Source: an uncultured Methanomicrobiales archaeon
GTDB taxonomy: Archaea; Halobacteriota; Methanomicrobia; Methanomicrobiales; Methanospirillaceae
DNA length: 64,000 nucleotides
Reading direction: 5' to 3'
Assembly: GCA_963758915.1 (NCBI GenBank)
Contig: CAVWXH010000010.1
Location: forward strand, 64,001 to 128,000
The translations under genes and the position numbers were made by a program. The notes under the pieces are model-generated. The model saw only the letters and a list, made by a program, of their open reading frames with translations. It did not search any database and was not told the DNA's origin. Shown here in pieces: positions 1 through 10,517 of this stretch; positions within the stretch are counted from its first letter, which is position 1, and each line of letters starts with the position of its first letter.

Positions 1-39
1 CCTTTTTAAAAATTATACGTCATAGGTGAGAGGGATCTT

Positions 40-1161
40 TTGTTTTACCATATTATCCTCACGGACAACTGCAATCTCTGCTGCAGCTATTGCCGGGGCA
101 AATCGTTTGAGGTATACGGAGATCCGGTTGTAGACGGGATAATAATAGATCCGGACCTTCCGACCGAATTCAGCATAAGTCTCCCGGTACTCTACCATTT
201 TTTATCGCAGGACCCCGACGCCGTCCTCACGTTTTATGGAGGTGAACCCCTGATGAGGTCTGACCTCGTCCGTGAAATCCTGCATACTGCCCCGGTAAAC
301 CGATACATGCTCCAGACCAACGGGACGCTTCTCCATACCATGGAACCCGCCGATCTCAGGAAGTTCGAGACCATACTGGTCTCAATCGACGGGCCGGAAT
401 GGCTGACTGATACCAACCGGGGCTCCGGGACGTACCGTCGTGTGGTCGATAACCTGAATTACGTCCGTGAAACGGGCTATCACGGGGAATTAATTGCCCG
501 GATGACGGTAAACGAGAGGACGGACATCTACGATGCAGTTACGTTCCTTTCTGATAACAAAGACTTTTGTTTTTCGTCAGTACACTGGCAGATTGATGCG
601 AATTTTGCGAGTGACTTTCATTCGCGGCACTTTGAGGAGTGGGTGGAACGCAGTTACAACCCGGGCATCACAAGGCTTGTCCGGACCTGGCTTGATTATA
701 TGAACAAAGACCGGAAGGTACTGCGTTGGTACCCCTTCATTGACCCGACCGAGGACCTCCTTAAAGGCCGCCAGTCACGGCTGAGGTGCGGTGCGGGGTA
801 TGCCAATTACAGCATTATGACCGATGGGAGTATTGCAGCCTGCCCGGTGATGGTCGGGATGAAAGATTATTACCTCGGGCATATCGATCATTCTGACCCC
901 CTGCATCTGCCGGAACTCCCCGTGCAGGGGAGATGTGCCGAATGCGAGATCCTGCATTTTTGTGGAGGGAGATGTCTCTATTCCACAATCACAAGGCCCT
1001 GGACTGAAGAACAGAACATTGTCCTTTGCAGGACGATCAGGCACCTCCGTGAATGCCTGACGGGATCTCTCCCTGAAGTGTCAGAACTGATCAGGAACGG
1101 GATTATCAGCCCTGAGTCATTTATTCATACTAAATTCAACGGGTGCGAGATAATCCCGTAA
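40..1161 (+). CDS. Radical SAM/SPASM protein (TIGR04084/AF0577-like)
   Basis: CNLCCSYC motif, YGGEP motif, C-terminal SPASM cysteines (CGAG, CPV, CAECEILHFCGGRC); TTG start after an SD-like run. Confidence 0.85.
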   Translation: MFYHIILTDNCNLCCSYCRGKSFEVYGDPVVDGIIIDPDLPTEFSISLPVLYHFLSQDPDAVLTFYGGEPLMRSDLVREILHTAPVNRYMLQTNGTLLHTMEPADLRKFETILVSIDGPEWLTDTNRGSGTYRRVVDNLNYVRETGYHGELIARMTVNERTDIYDAVTFLSDNKDFCFSSVHWQIDANFASDFHSRHFEEWVERSYNPGITRLVRTWLDYMNKDRKVLRWYPFIDPTEDLLKGRQSRLRCGAGYANYSIMTDGSIAACPVMVGMKDYYLGHIDHSDPLHLPELPVQGRCAECEILHFCGGRCLYSTITRPWTEEQNIVLCRTIRHLRECLTGSLPEVSELIRNGIISPESFIHTKFNGCEIIP

Positions 1162-1170
1162 CTGCGTATA

Positions 1171-2196
1171 TCATCGGTACCTGATGACCTGTGCTCCCCA
1201 TGTGAACCCTATCCCGCTGCTGGCCAGGACTACGAGATCACCGGGTCTGATCAGGGCATCATCCTGTTGCAGGCCCAGTGCAAATAAGGTGTCCCCGGAA
1301 CCGATGCTGCCAAAATCCTTCATTGTCGACCGGGTGTTTTTTTCATCCAGACCGAGTTGTGCAAGGATATCCAGTACCCGGATCTTTTTAATCTGGTTCG
1401 TCAGCAGCCATTTTATCTCGGGTGTCTGGTAACCGCTTCTATTAACTGCTTTCCTGATAACGCCGGTAAAATTGCCAAGAAAAATATCCGGGCTGATATC
1501 AGCGAGTGCCTTCGCCGGGTCGACAGAGATTCGCAATGCGGGGTTGTTGTTGTCACAACGCTCTGGTGATCGGGTACCAACACAAGGCACTTTTACATAA
1601 TCCCCACAGGTACCGTCTGTAATCCCCTCATAGGTGAGAAGTTCATTTGACGGCTCACCCCGGGTAAGGACTGCCGCCGCAGCCCCGTCCCCGATTGCGA
1701 AAAACGGGAGAGTATCCTTATTTTCGTAATTCATCACCGGGGAAAGTTTATCGCTGCAGACAACCAGGGCACATTTTTTTGACGGATCTGCCCGCAACAG
1801 GTTGTTACAGATATTGATGGCAAGAATCCCCCCATTACAGGCACCTTTCATATCAATGGTGAAAGCATTGGGGGCTTTGAGTAGATGCTGCAACCTCGAT
1901 GACGGTGACCAGAACTGGTGATCGTAACACCCTGCACCACAATATGCAATAATATCAATATCATCAGGGTCAATCTGCCCTTTTGCAACCGCAGATGATG
2001 CGGCCTGTTCAGCCATCGATACCGGGTGTTCATCCGGGCCGGCGACATGTTTTTGACCAATCCCGAATTTCCCGGTAAGTGTTGAGAGCGGTACCCCGGA
2101 AATCGCAGATATTTCTGCGCTTGTGATTACCTTTTTCGGAATATAATACCCAATCGAAGTAATGCCAACACTGGGATTGCCCTCCGGGTGTACCAT
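1171..2196 (-). CDS. 3-oxoacyl-ACP synthase III (FabH)-like condensing enzyme
   Basis: ITSIGYYIP, GAC catalytic Cys, GDGAAA, PGDLVVL..GIGFTWGA thiolase-fold motifs. Confidence 0.8.
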   Translation of the reverse strand: MVHPEGNPSVGITSIGYYIPKKVITSAEISAISGVPLSTLTGKFGIGQKHVAGPDEHPVSMAEQAASSAVAKGQIDPDDIDIIAYCGAGCYDHQFWSPSSRLQHLLKAPNAFTIDMKGACNGGILAINICNNLLRADPSKKCALVVCSDKLSPVMNYENKDTLPFFAIGDGAAAAVLTRGEPSNELLTYEGITDGTCGDYVKVPCVGTRSPERCDNNNPALRISVDPAKALADISPDIFLGNFTGVIRKAVNRSGYQTPEIKWLLTNQIKKIRVLDILAQLGLDEKNTRSTMKDFGSIGSGDTLFALGLQQDDALIRPGDLVVLASSGIGFTWGAQVIRYR

Positions 2197-2735
2197 TCTG
2201 ATCTGCCTATCTATGAAAACCCCGGAATCAGGTATAAAGGTTCCTTTTAATTTCGAAACCCGGGAATAATACCTGGATTATGGTGCAAAGATTGGCTTGT
2301 GTACTGGAACCTCATCGTTATGGTGAGTACTTACTCACTTTCACCCTGCACACGGCCGCACTTTATATGTTGAGTAATCGGATGGTTGATTGCAGAGGCG
2401 GGCTGATACCCGCAATAAAGTGCTGGTGCTTCTATCCACCTCTGTATACCCAAGAAAACCTTGATCGGAGAAATCCTGGTTACCCTATTTTAGGGTTTCT
2501 CCAATAAACCCTTTTATCTGATTTCGGAAAGACACTCTTCACTGTATTGACCGGACCGGAATACCCCGGATATTGAAGGACCTTTGCGGGATTGTGTCCT
2601 GGAGATAAACTGAGGAAAAACAGGTCTTTTCCCCAGGTGCCGTGCTGCCCGCATAGTCACTCCGGTCAACTGATGACCCGGCTGTGTGAGCACGAACTAA
2701 AACTCATATATCCCACGGGAATGATTGTAATACAG

Positions 2736-3320
2736 ATGCAGAAGAATACCATCTTCCTGGTTATTGGCATACTTATTATTGCCCTGGTTGCGGTCCTTTT
2801 ATTGGTTTTTTTTGGGGGTCCACCCCTGGAGAATTCTGCGGCGTTGAAACCGGGTGCGGCATTATCCCCGGATAATAATGGCAATGGAAACGACTGGAAC
2901 GAAGTCCCTCTCCGTGACGTTTCCACATCCCGCATGTTCAGGGTCCGGGACCTGGCAGGGAAACCCGTATTGCTGTTCAGTTTTACCACCTGGTGCTCGA
3001 TCTGCACCGCACAGCAGAATGAGATCAAACGGTTGCAGGCCGTGTCTCCCGGTTCATTTACTGCTGTCGGGATCGATATTGACCCCTATGAAAATGAAGC
3101 CCTGGTGAGAAAACACCAGTCTGACAACCAGTTTTACGGGCTGTATGCGGTTGCACCCCCGGAAATGACCAAAAAGCTGATGAATGAATTCGGCGTGGAG
3201 ATCATCTCCCCTGCGAGTGCACCGATGGTCCTTATATGCAGCAATGGAACGGTTACACGCCTTGATCGCGGGGTAAAATCAGCGGAGGTACTTGAGCAGG
3301 CGATCCGGATGCGGTGTTAA
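2736..3320 (+). CDS. Membrane-anchored thioredoxin-like (TlpA/redoxin) protein
   Basis: N-terminal TM helix, GKPVLL..WCSIC CxxC motif; start moved to the ATG of MQKNT. Confidence 0.75.
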   Translation: MQKNTIFLVIGILIIALVAVLLLVFFGGPPLENSAALKPGAALSPDNNGNGNDWNEVPLRDVSTSRMFRVRDLAGKPVLLFSFTTWCSICTAQQNEIKRLQAVSPGSFTAVGIDIDPYENEALVRKHQSDNQFYGLYAVAPPEMTKKLMNEFGVEIISPASAPMVLICSNGTVTRLDRGVKSAEVLEQAIRMRC

Positions 3321-4030
3321 GTTTGGACCCGGTATCAGCCACAGCCATTTCATTTCTTGCCGGACTGTTAGCCCCCCTTGGCGCCGTGTGTGTTCTTCCC
3401 CTTTACCCGGGATATCTTGCGTGGCTGGCAAACCAGGTCGGCGAGGGAAATGACCGTATATTACTCTTCCGTTTCTCCCTTATTGTTACCGCCGGGATTA
3501 TCTTTGCATTTTTTGTTGTTGGTTTTATCTTTACCTGGCTGTTACGGTCTTCAATGAGCGAGGCTATTGGTATGATTTCCATGGTTGCCTTTGTAATTCT
3601 TGCAGGAGCGAGTATCTGCCTTATTGCGGGTATTGATCTTTCAGGGATTATTCCCTCGCTGAAAATATTGCACCCCAGAGGGCCATACAGGAATGCGTTA
3701 TTATTCGGCCTCTTTTTTGGCCTGATCATATTACCCTGCAACCCCGCCCCCGTAATCCTTCTCTTTGCGTTAAGCGTAAATGCGGCAGACGTGTTGGAAA
3801 ATATTGCAATTCTTATCGCTTTTTGCATTGGTATTGCAATTCCGGTCCTGCTGATATCACTCATCCCGGCTGCAACAAACTATCGCCTTGTGGGTTTCCT
3901 TACTACCCACCGGAGAGCGATTAATGTTTCATGTGGTCTTCTGATGCTGGTCCTCTCGCTCTATTACCTCGTCTGGGTATTTCACCTGCCGGAACTGATG
4001 GCAGCATCGATGGCAAATTTTTACCGGTAA
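3314..4030 (+). CDS. CcdA/DsbD-family thiol-disulfide membrane electron transporter
   Basis: About 6 TM segments, FLAGLL..CVLPLYP and PCNPAP cysteine motifs; coupled to the redoxin gene. Confidence 0.8.
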   Translation: MLSLDPVSATAISFLAGLLAPLGAVCVLPLYPGYLAWLANQVGEGNDRILLFRFSLIVTAGIIFAFFVVGFIFTWLLRSSMSEAIGMISMVAFVILAGASICLIAGIDLSGIIPSLKILHPRGPYRNALLFGLFFGLIILPCNPAPVILLFALSVNAADVLENIAILIAFCIGIAIPVLLISLIPAATNYRLVGFLTTHRRAINVSCGLLMLVLSLYYLVWVFHLPELMAASMANFYR

Positions 4031-4078
4031 ATAGTGAATATACTAATATATTTTTACGTCTTTTTTCATACGAGATGT

Positions 4079-4564
4079 ATGGCGCTTCGGTCGATTAACC
4101 TTCCCGGAATTGGCACAAAATATGAGCTTGTTACAGAAAAGGATGACACAATCGCCATTTTTTTCCTAAAAAACGGCAATATTCAGATGTACACCCTCCC
4201 CCATGACGGTCATACCCCCTGTGTGGCTGAGCTCAGCACCTCCGAAGCGAGGAGGCTTGGTACCATTATGACCGGGGCGATTATGGAAGCTGACAAGGAG
4301 AGCGTGGAGATCGCGTTTTCAGCCCTCTCTGACCTCCGGATAAGCATTCACACCTATGTTATCGGCAAGTCAATGGCCGGCAGGTGCATACAGGATCACC
4401 AGATCCGTGCCAAAACCGGTGTGACAATTATCGCCGTTTCAAGAGGTGATACAAATATTGTCAATCCACCACCTAGTTTCATGTTCCAGGAAGGCGATGC
4501 GGTCGTTGCCATTGGAGAGACCGAGCAGCTGAAGACATTCGAACGTGAGTTCATGGTGGGTTAA
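4079..4564 (+). CDS. KhtT-like K+/H+ antiporter regulatory subunit (TrkA-C/RCK_C)
   Basis: LPGIGTKY N-terminus, IRAKTGVTIIAV..R..NPPP..GD RCK_C signature. Confidence 0.85.
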   Translation: MALRSINLPGIGTKYELVTEKDDTIAIFFLKNGNIQMYTLPHDGHTPCVAELSTSEARRLGTIMTGAIMEADKESVEIAFSALSDLRISIHTYVIGKSMAGRCIQDHQIRAKTGVTIIAVSRGDTNIVNPPPSFMFQEGDAVVAIGETEQLKTFEREFMVG

Positions 4565-5706
4565 TGGAAGGACTGGTAATCGCCCTCTTTGTCTGCCTGG
4601 TACTTCTCATCATCACGAAGTACCTCTCCTGGCCGGTGATACCCTTCTATATTATCGCGGGAATTGCGCTCGGGGTATCAGGGCTGAATCTCGTACAGGT
4701 CAGCGAGGCCTCAACGTTCTTTGCCGAGCTCGGGCTGATTTTCCTCCTGTTTTTTATGGGGCTCGAGATCAAACCGGACCGGATCCTGTCCAACCAGAAG
4801 ACCTTCTTCTCGAGCGGCCTGATCGACCTGAATATTAATATGATAATCGGGTTCCTGGCAGCCTACATCATCGGGTTCACCCTTACCGAGTCGCTTGTCA
4901 TTGCTGCAGCATTTTTCATCAGCAGTACGGCAATGACCGTTGCGTCCCTGGTGGAAAATAAGAAGCTGATGATGAGGGAATCAGAAACAATCGTCTGGAT
5001 GATGGTTTTCGAGGATATCGTACTGATTATCTTCCTCACGCTTCTGTCAACGTCGATAAACAACCCGCTTGTATTTATAGGGAAGATAGCCGTAATCCTC
5101 CTGGCTTTCTATCTTATATCGCATTTCGGAAAGAAATTAATCCAGAAGGCTATCAACCGTGACGATGAACTTCCGGTGTTCCTTACCTTTGCCGCAGTGG
5201 TCATCATTGCATTCGGGTCAAAGGCAATCGGTGTACCTGAAACCCTGATGGTAATCGCGTTCGGAACAGCACTCGCTTCAACGGACCCTGCCGCGTTTGA
5301 AGCACAGGCCCGGCCATTTAAGGATGTATTCCTGATAATATTCTTCGTCTTCTTTGGGATTACCGTGGATTTCTCAGGCGGGGTCCCAGTCATGCTGATC
5401 CTTGCCCTCAGCATCCTTGCCATCATATCCAAACTCGTTTCCGGCCTGTTAATCGGTAAAGTTGTGCACGGAAGTAAGAGGTCTGGTATTGAAATCTGGG
5501 CAAATACGATTGGAAGGGGGGAGTTCTCCATCGCACTTGCTGCATTGTACGGGTCTCCGGTAGTATCGTCGGCAATTGCGGCAATGGTAATTATCACTTC
5601 AATTGTGGGCTCGTTTTCAGCGAAATACAGTGGTCCCCTGCAGGACCTGTTTACAAGAGGCAGAAAAGGATCCCCTGATCAGGTACCTGCAGGAAACAGC
5701 GAATGA
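4564..5706 (+). CDS. Cation:proton antiporter (CPA2, KhtU-like)
   Basis: LGLIFLLFFMGLE, SSTA, FED, GRGEFS motifs; about 12 TM segments. Confidence 0.9.
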   Translation: MEGLVIALFVCLVLLIITKYLSWPVIPFYIIAGIALGVSGLNLVQVSEASTFFAELGLIFLLFFMGLEIKPDRILSNQKTFFSSGLIDLNINMIIGFLAAYIIGFTLTESLVIAAAFFISSTAMTVASLVENKKLMMRESETIVWMMVFEDIVLIIFLTLLSTSINNPLVFIGKIAVILLAFYLISHFGKKLIQKAINRDDELPVFLTFAAVVIIAFGSKAIGVPETLMVIAFGTALASTDPAAFEAQARPFKDVFLIIFFVFFGITVDFSGGVPVMLILALSILAIISKLVSGLLIGKVVHGSKRSGIEIWANTIGRGEFSIALAALYGSPVVSSAIAAMVIITSIVGSFSAKYSGPLQDLFTRGRKGSPDQVPAGNSE

Positions 5707-5886
5707 ATTGTCTGAAATAACAAATCGCATATCGCAGGCTACACCTGCGTCAAAAAACAGTTATGCGTCCCCGGTGTTAAAAACCCGGGGAGTAGAGTGT
5801 GTACTTCCGCTGGGATGAAAAACTCCAGGAAACATCCATGCATACAAGCTTTTCATACACATCTATGTGATGAGGGCTCATTACAC

Positions 5887-6289
5887 GCTTTATTGAAAAC
5901 CTGCGTAGTAAAAAAGACGATGAAAATACGGAGACAGGAGGGGGTCCACCCCCGATAAGATATTCTTTCGGGCAGGGTTTCCCGCAGGCTCATTAAATTC
6001 AGAGTATTGGGGAATAGTCTCTATCCCAACCGGGGTCTCCAAAGCGGCGGGGCATGAGCCCCGGGAGCGTGACTAAATTTTGTGATGCCCTGATTTACGA
6101 GATAAATTTGTGAGCATTTCCAATGAAAACAGATTTGATTCACGTTTTTGACAGAAGCATACAAAATGAAAATATCGGTGAAATTTTCATATTACATGCT
6201 TGAACTGACTCCAATATGTGGAGATTTACAATGGGTATTTTCAAGGTTCGGGTGTGAACTTCACGTTCATCTGTGTTTCAAATAAAGCC
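5887..6289. mobile_element. MITE-like repeat, copy 1
   Basis: Ends GCTTTATTGAAA / TTTCAAATAAAGCC; core similar to copies at 19.2, 37.8 and 53.3 kb. Confidence 0.75.
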
Positions 6290-6320
6290 AGTAATTCCTA
6301 TGTGTTCCGAAAAAATTATT

Positions 6321-7982
6321 TCAGGGGTCGATAGGCGCCAGCTCTGATCTCACCGTGAGAAATACCGGTCCCCGGACATCGATCTTTTTCTTGTTGTCGG
6401 TAATAGCCCGCATTGCATACCCGGCCACCCTGATGTTGATATCACTTGGAAGTTTTGCCATCTTCACCTGGACGGTTTCGGGCCTCCCGCACCGGGCTGC
6501 ATCTTCTATCCGTGCGGCTGCAAGGGACGATGCAGCGTCCAGGTAACTTATCCCTGTCGGCGCACCTTCTGTTCTCACCTGCTGCCATTTTTCATTATCC
6601 GGGACCCCGAGGATCGACCCCTGGAACACGAAAATTTCATTAAAGCAGGCAGGGCCGCACAATTTAGAATTGGACTCTGGTTCTTCTACAAAAACCGTCA
6701 TCCTGTGACCCGACAGTTCCCCTTCCCATGCTTTAAATGAGCAGGGGCCCGGCTCGGCCGCATGTAATGCGGCGGTCTTCCGGACTGCAGCAGCGATCAC
6801 CTGCCCGGTAGAAGACACCGGCTGCTCGCGGTACTGTATTGCACGGGCCACCTGCCGGTCGGTGAGGACATCAGGGAAGAACTGTGGATGGGTGAGCTGC
6901 CTCACGTCATTTGAAGTATGGTGTATCATTGCGAGCCGTTCCACCCCGAGGCCCAGGTTCATTACCGGGATCTCTATACCGTATTCTGCAAGGGCTGACG
7001 GGGAGTACATGCCGAATGTCGCCACTTCGACCCAGTCATGGACCGGGTGCCTCGCGTACACTTCCGTCTGTGTGTCAGGCATGTAGTATTTCGACCTCTT
7101 TTCATCCGGCCTGAACTGGAAATCTTTATAGCCGAATGCAGACAGGAGTGCCTCACTTACTGCCTTTCCCTCTTCGTTGGTCACATCCTCCCCTGCAACA
7201 ATGCAGGAAGCAGAATGGTAACTCATCAGCCGGGTCGGCCCCTCTTCCTGTTCCCTCCTGAAACAGCGGTCCACGGAAAACTGCCTGATTGGAAGGGGTT
7301 TCCTGTCCCATATCGCCCCAAGTGTCATGAACCACCCGCTGGTCATGTGGCTACGGAGGGTGCTCCGCGATGATTCAGGTGAGAGGGCCCGGAACTCGGG
7401 AAATACCGCATCAAGGATATGGACGACGAGCGCGTCATCCACCCCGAGTACCTTTGACAGTTCATAGGTCAGTTCATCCCCGTCTATTTCAGACTTTTTG
7501 TATGCGTGAAGGGTCTCCCGTAACCGCTCTTCTGTCTCCGTTGTCATCGGCTGGTACGGTGAGTGATCTCCCGTTGTCTCGTAGTGGGCCGGGCCGTTGT
7601 GGGCAAGAGGTCCTGCGTGGCTTTTTAAGAGGTCATTGATCTCGTCGAGCTGTTTTTTCGCAATCCCCACGTTGGGCCGCGGGAGCCCCCCGAGGTAAAA
7701 AACCCTGTCAAGGACTGCCGACGCTTCGGGGCCGAACTGCCTGTACACGTCCTGCTCCTCGATGATGATCGGGTTTGCTGCCTCGTCAAAACCAATCGAG
7801 AGATAGGTCTCCCTGAGCCGGTTGATGGTCTCAAAAACCGGGTGTGCCTTAGCCCTCCTGTATTCAAGTCTCGGGTATGTTGCGTTCGGGAGCGGGGGTG
7901 TCAGGACTGACGGGCCCTCGTGCCATGCGTTCTCAAAATTTTCTTTTGACTTTTTTTTATAGGAATCAGCATCAAATCTCAT
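6321..7982 (-). CDS. sepS: O-phosphoserine--tRNA(Cys) ligase
   Basis: MRFD N-terminus, [45 protein letters not shown]. Confidence 0.97.
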   Translation of the reverse strand: MRFDADSYKKKSKENFENAWHEGPSVLTPPLPNATYPRLEYRRAKAHPVFETINRLRETYLSIGFDEAANPIIIEEQDVYRQFGPEASAVLDRVFYLGGLPRPNVGIAKKQLDEINDLLKSHAGPLAHNGPAHYETTGDHSPYQPMTTETEERLRETLHAYKKSEIDGDELTYELSKVLGVDDALVVHILDAVFPEFRALSPESSRSTLRSHMTSGWFMTLGAIWDRKPLPIRQFSVDRCFRREQEEGPTRLMSYHSASCIVAGEDVTNEEGKAVSEALLSAFGYKDFQFRPDEKRSKYYMPDTQTEVYARHPVHDWVEVATFGMYSPSALAEYGIEIPVMNLGLGVERLAMIHHTSNDVRQLTHPQFFPDVLTDRQVARAIQYREQPVSSTGQVIAAAVRKTAALHAAEPGPCSFKAWEGELSGHRMTVFVEEPESNSKLCGPACFNEIFVFQGSILGVPDNEKWQQVRTEGAPTGISYLDAASSLAAARIEDAARCGRPETVQVKMAKLPSDINIRVAGYAMRAITDNKKKIDVRGPVFLTVRSELAPIDP

Positions 7983-8872
7983 GACTCACGCTCCATACAT
8001 ACAACCCGTGAGAGGGAATTCTCATCAGCTATCCCATATCCTGAATGCTCTGCAATCTGTTCTGCAAACTGTCGGACGTGTGCATGTTCAGGCATGTTGC
8101 TTCGCTGCAATCGTTTTCTACTGTATCCAAGATACATGTATCCCTTTACCTCGATGTAATCTGCCCCCGAGTCTGCCACAAGCCGGGCGTAGCCACGGGG
8201 GTCAGTGTCGTTAATGCCCTGTACAAGGGTAATGCGGATTGCAGATCGCCGGCTGTCGAGAATCGCCAGGCTCTCCTTCAGGCTCTCCCAGCTGTCTTCC
8301 ACGGGCCTGCAGACCCTCTCATAGGTGGTCTGGTCCGGGGCGACCAGCGAGACATACATCTGGAACGGCCGGCACTGCCTGAGAACTTCCGGCCGGGTCC
8401 CGTTACTGACGAGAAATGTTGTGCAGCCCTCAGCGTTGAACATGCTGATTAATTCAGGCAGCCTGGAATAGAGGGTGGGCTCACCGGAAAGTGAAATTGC
8501 AATGTTTTTCGGTGCAAGCGCGTCTGAAAACCGTTGCTCAGTGACATACGGGGAGACTTTATACCCTGAAAGTGCCCTCTTCTGGAGTCTCTTATAGTTC
8601 CCGATGATCTCTTCCGGCGGGCACTCGGATTCCCCGGGCATTTCATGTTCGAAGGAACGCCAGCAGAAGAGGCACCGGTGATTGCATTGCAGGGTCGGGG
8701 TCATCTGCACGCAGCGATGGCTGTCAATCCCGTAAAACTGGTGCTTATAGCACATCTCCCCACCTTTCAGTGCACGCTTGCACCAGAGGCACGGCTTTAC
8801 GGCAGCAGTTGACGTTTCGGAAAAAAACTGGTAGCCCTGCTTTTTCAGGGCTTCACATGGTGCTGATTGCAT
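7979..8872 (-). CDS. taw1: 4-demethylwyosine synthase TYW1/Taw1 (radical SAM)
   Basis: [43 protein letters not shown]; start may be 8872 or 8881. Confidence 0.93.
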   Translation of the reverse strand: MQSAPCEALKKQGYQFFSETSTAAVKPCLWCKRALKGGEMCYKHQFYGIDSHRCVQMTPTLQCNHRCLFCWRSFEHEMPGESECPPEEIIGNYKRLQKRALSGYKVSPYVTEQRFSDALAPKNIAISLSGEPTLYSRLPELISMFNAEGCTTFLVSNGTRPEVLRQCRPFQMYVSLVAPDQTTYERVCRPVEDSWESLKESLAILDSRRSAIRITLVQGINDTDPRGYARLVADSGADYIEVKGYMYLGYSRKRLQRSNMPEHAHVRQFAEQIAEHSGYGIADENSLSRVVCMERES

Positions 8873-10517
8873 CGATACCAAGGGATTCCAATGATTCTCT
8901 GAGGGTGTTTTTTGCTGCCTTTACAAGGGTAAGGCGGCTTTGCCGCGTGATACCACCGCTTTTCAGGACGGGTTCATAGTGGTAGAACGCATTGAAGAGG
9001 TCAGCCAGCTCACGGGCATACGTGGCAAGGATGTGGGGTTTCAGTTCCTGCACCACTTCTTCAATCACCGCCGGAAACTTTGCGATCTGTTTTGCAAGTG
9101 CGATACCATGCGGTTCTTTCAAATCGTATGCCTCTGAAAAATCCCCTGCCTTTTCAAGGATGCTGCATGCCCGTGCGTGGGCATACTGGATGTACGGGCC
9201 GCTCTGCCGCTCGAAGTCAAGTGCCTCTTTCCAGTTGAATATGGTGCTCTTTTCAGGAGAAATTTTTACAATATCGTACCGTATTGCTGCAATTGCGACC
9301 GATACGGCAATCTTGTTCCTTGTATCTTCGTCAAGTTCGGGCCTCCTGACAGTGACTTCCTCAAATGCCCGTTTTGTTACTTCGTCCATCAGTTCGTCGG
9401 CAGAGACAAATTTCCCTGCCCTTGTGCTCATTGACCCTTCAGGGAGTGAAACGAACTCAAAATGGACAATCTCCGGGGCCTTTTCTCCAATCAGGTGCAT
9501 GGTCGCCTGGAGCTGCCCCCCGATCAACTTATGGTCTGCCCCGAGCACATCGATGACGCGGTCAAAATTTTTACCCTTCCACATATGGTAGGCAAGGTCA
9601 CGGGTTGCATACACGGAGGTCCCGTCTGTCCGTCTCAGCACGTATTCCTTTTCAAAACCGGCAGCGTTCAGGTCAAGCCAGACTTTGCCCTCCTCGTGAT
9701 ATTCAGGGAGCCGGTGGAGCCTTGAAAGGAACCTCTCGGTGTCACCGTTTCTTACAAAATCGCTCTCCCAGACAAACCGGTCATGGTGGACCTTCAGGCG
9801 GCCCAGCGTTACGTGGAAACCGTCGAGGCACCGCGTTACCGCAGAACGGAATCTTGTGACCGTCAACCTCTCGGAACGTTCAACCTGCTGCATCAGGCTG
9901 TCCACTTCAGATACAAGCCCGGGTTCGGATTCAAGTTCCCTGTTCGCAGCGATATAGATCCTCGCCACGTAGTGATCCGCCTTCTCCCCGTCATTTGCGC
10001 CGGTATCGAGGTGGTCGAACCCCCATACGACGATTGCGATCTGCCGGCCCATATCATTGACATAATACTGGACTTCAAGCCTGTACCCTGCTTTCCGGAA
10101 ACAGCGTGCGAGTGTATCGCCCAATATGGAATTCCTGATATGCCCGACATGGAGGGGGCCGTTCGGGTTTGCACTGGTGTGCTCAAGGACAACCCGTTCC
10201 CTTTTGGGAGGCAGGTTACCATATCCGGGTTTCACCGCTTCTTCGAGGGTCCTGCTTACATAGGAGGGTCCGAACAGGAAATTAATATAGGGCCCTTTCA
10301 CCGTGACCTGGATATGTTCAAACACCGGGTCGCCGCTCAGTTCCCGCGCCAGCTCTTCCGCGATTATTACGGGGCTCTGCTTCCTTTCCTTTGCAAGGGT
10401 AAATGCCAAGGTAGTGGCCAGGTCCGCGTGTTCCCCGCCATCGGTCAGCTGCACATCGCAAAGACCTGTCCTTGACTTCAACGCATTTTCAACCGTTGTA
10501 TACATTAAAAGAAACAT
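8853..10517 (-). CDS. argS: Arginine--tRNA ligase
   Basis: EHTSANPNGPLHVGHIRN (HIGH motif), MSTRAG, PYIQYAHAR. Confidence 0.97.
   Translation of the reverse strand: MFLLMYTTVENALKSRTGLCDVQLTDGGEHADLATTLAFTLAKERKQSPVIIAEELARELSGDPVFEHIQVTVKGPYINFLFGPSYVSRTLEEAVKPGYGNLPPKRERVVLEHTSANPNGPLHVGHIRNSILGDTLARCFRKAGYRLEVQYYVNDMGRQIAIVVWGFDHLDTGANDGEKADHYVARIYIAANRELESEPGLVSEVDSLMQQVERSERLTVTRFRSAVTRCLDGFHVTLGRLKVHHDRFVWESDFVRNGDTERFLSRLHRLPEYHEEGKVWLDLNAAGFEKEYVLRRTDGTSVYATRDLAYHMWKGKNFDRVIDVLGADHKLIGGQLQATMHLIGEKAPEIVHFEFVSLPEGSMSTRAGKFVSADELMDEVTKRAFEEVTVRRPELDEDTRNKIAVSVAIAAIRYDIVKISPEKSTIFNWKEALDFERQSGPYIQYAHARACSILEKAGDFSEAYDLKEPHGIALAKQIAKFPAVIEEVVQELKPHILATYARELADLFNAFYHYEPVLKSGGITRQSRLTLVKAAKNTLRESLESLGIDAISTM

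Noticed and set aside
2380-2440. Fluoride (crcB) riboswitch or H/ACA guide
   Set aside because: The 3' part only loosely resembles GCUGAUGACUUCUAC, the 5' GGNGAUGGNGUUC stem is absent, and there are no K-turn GA pairs.
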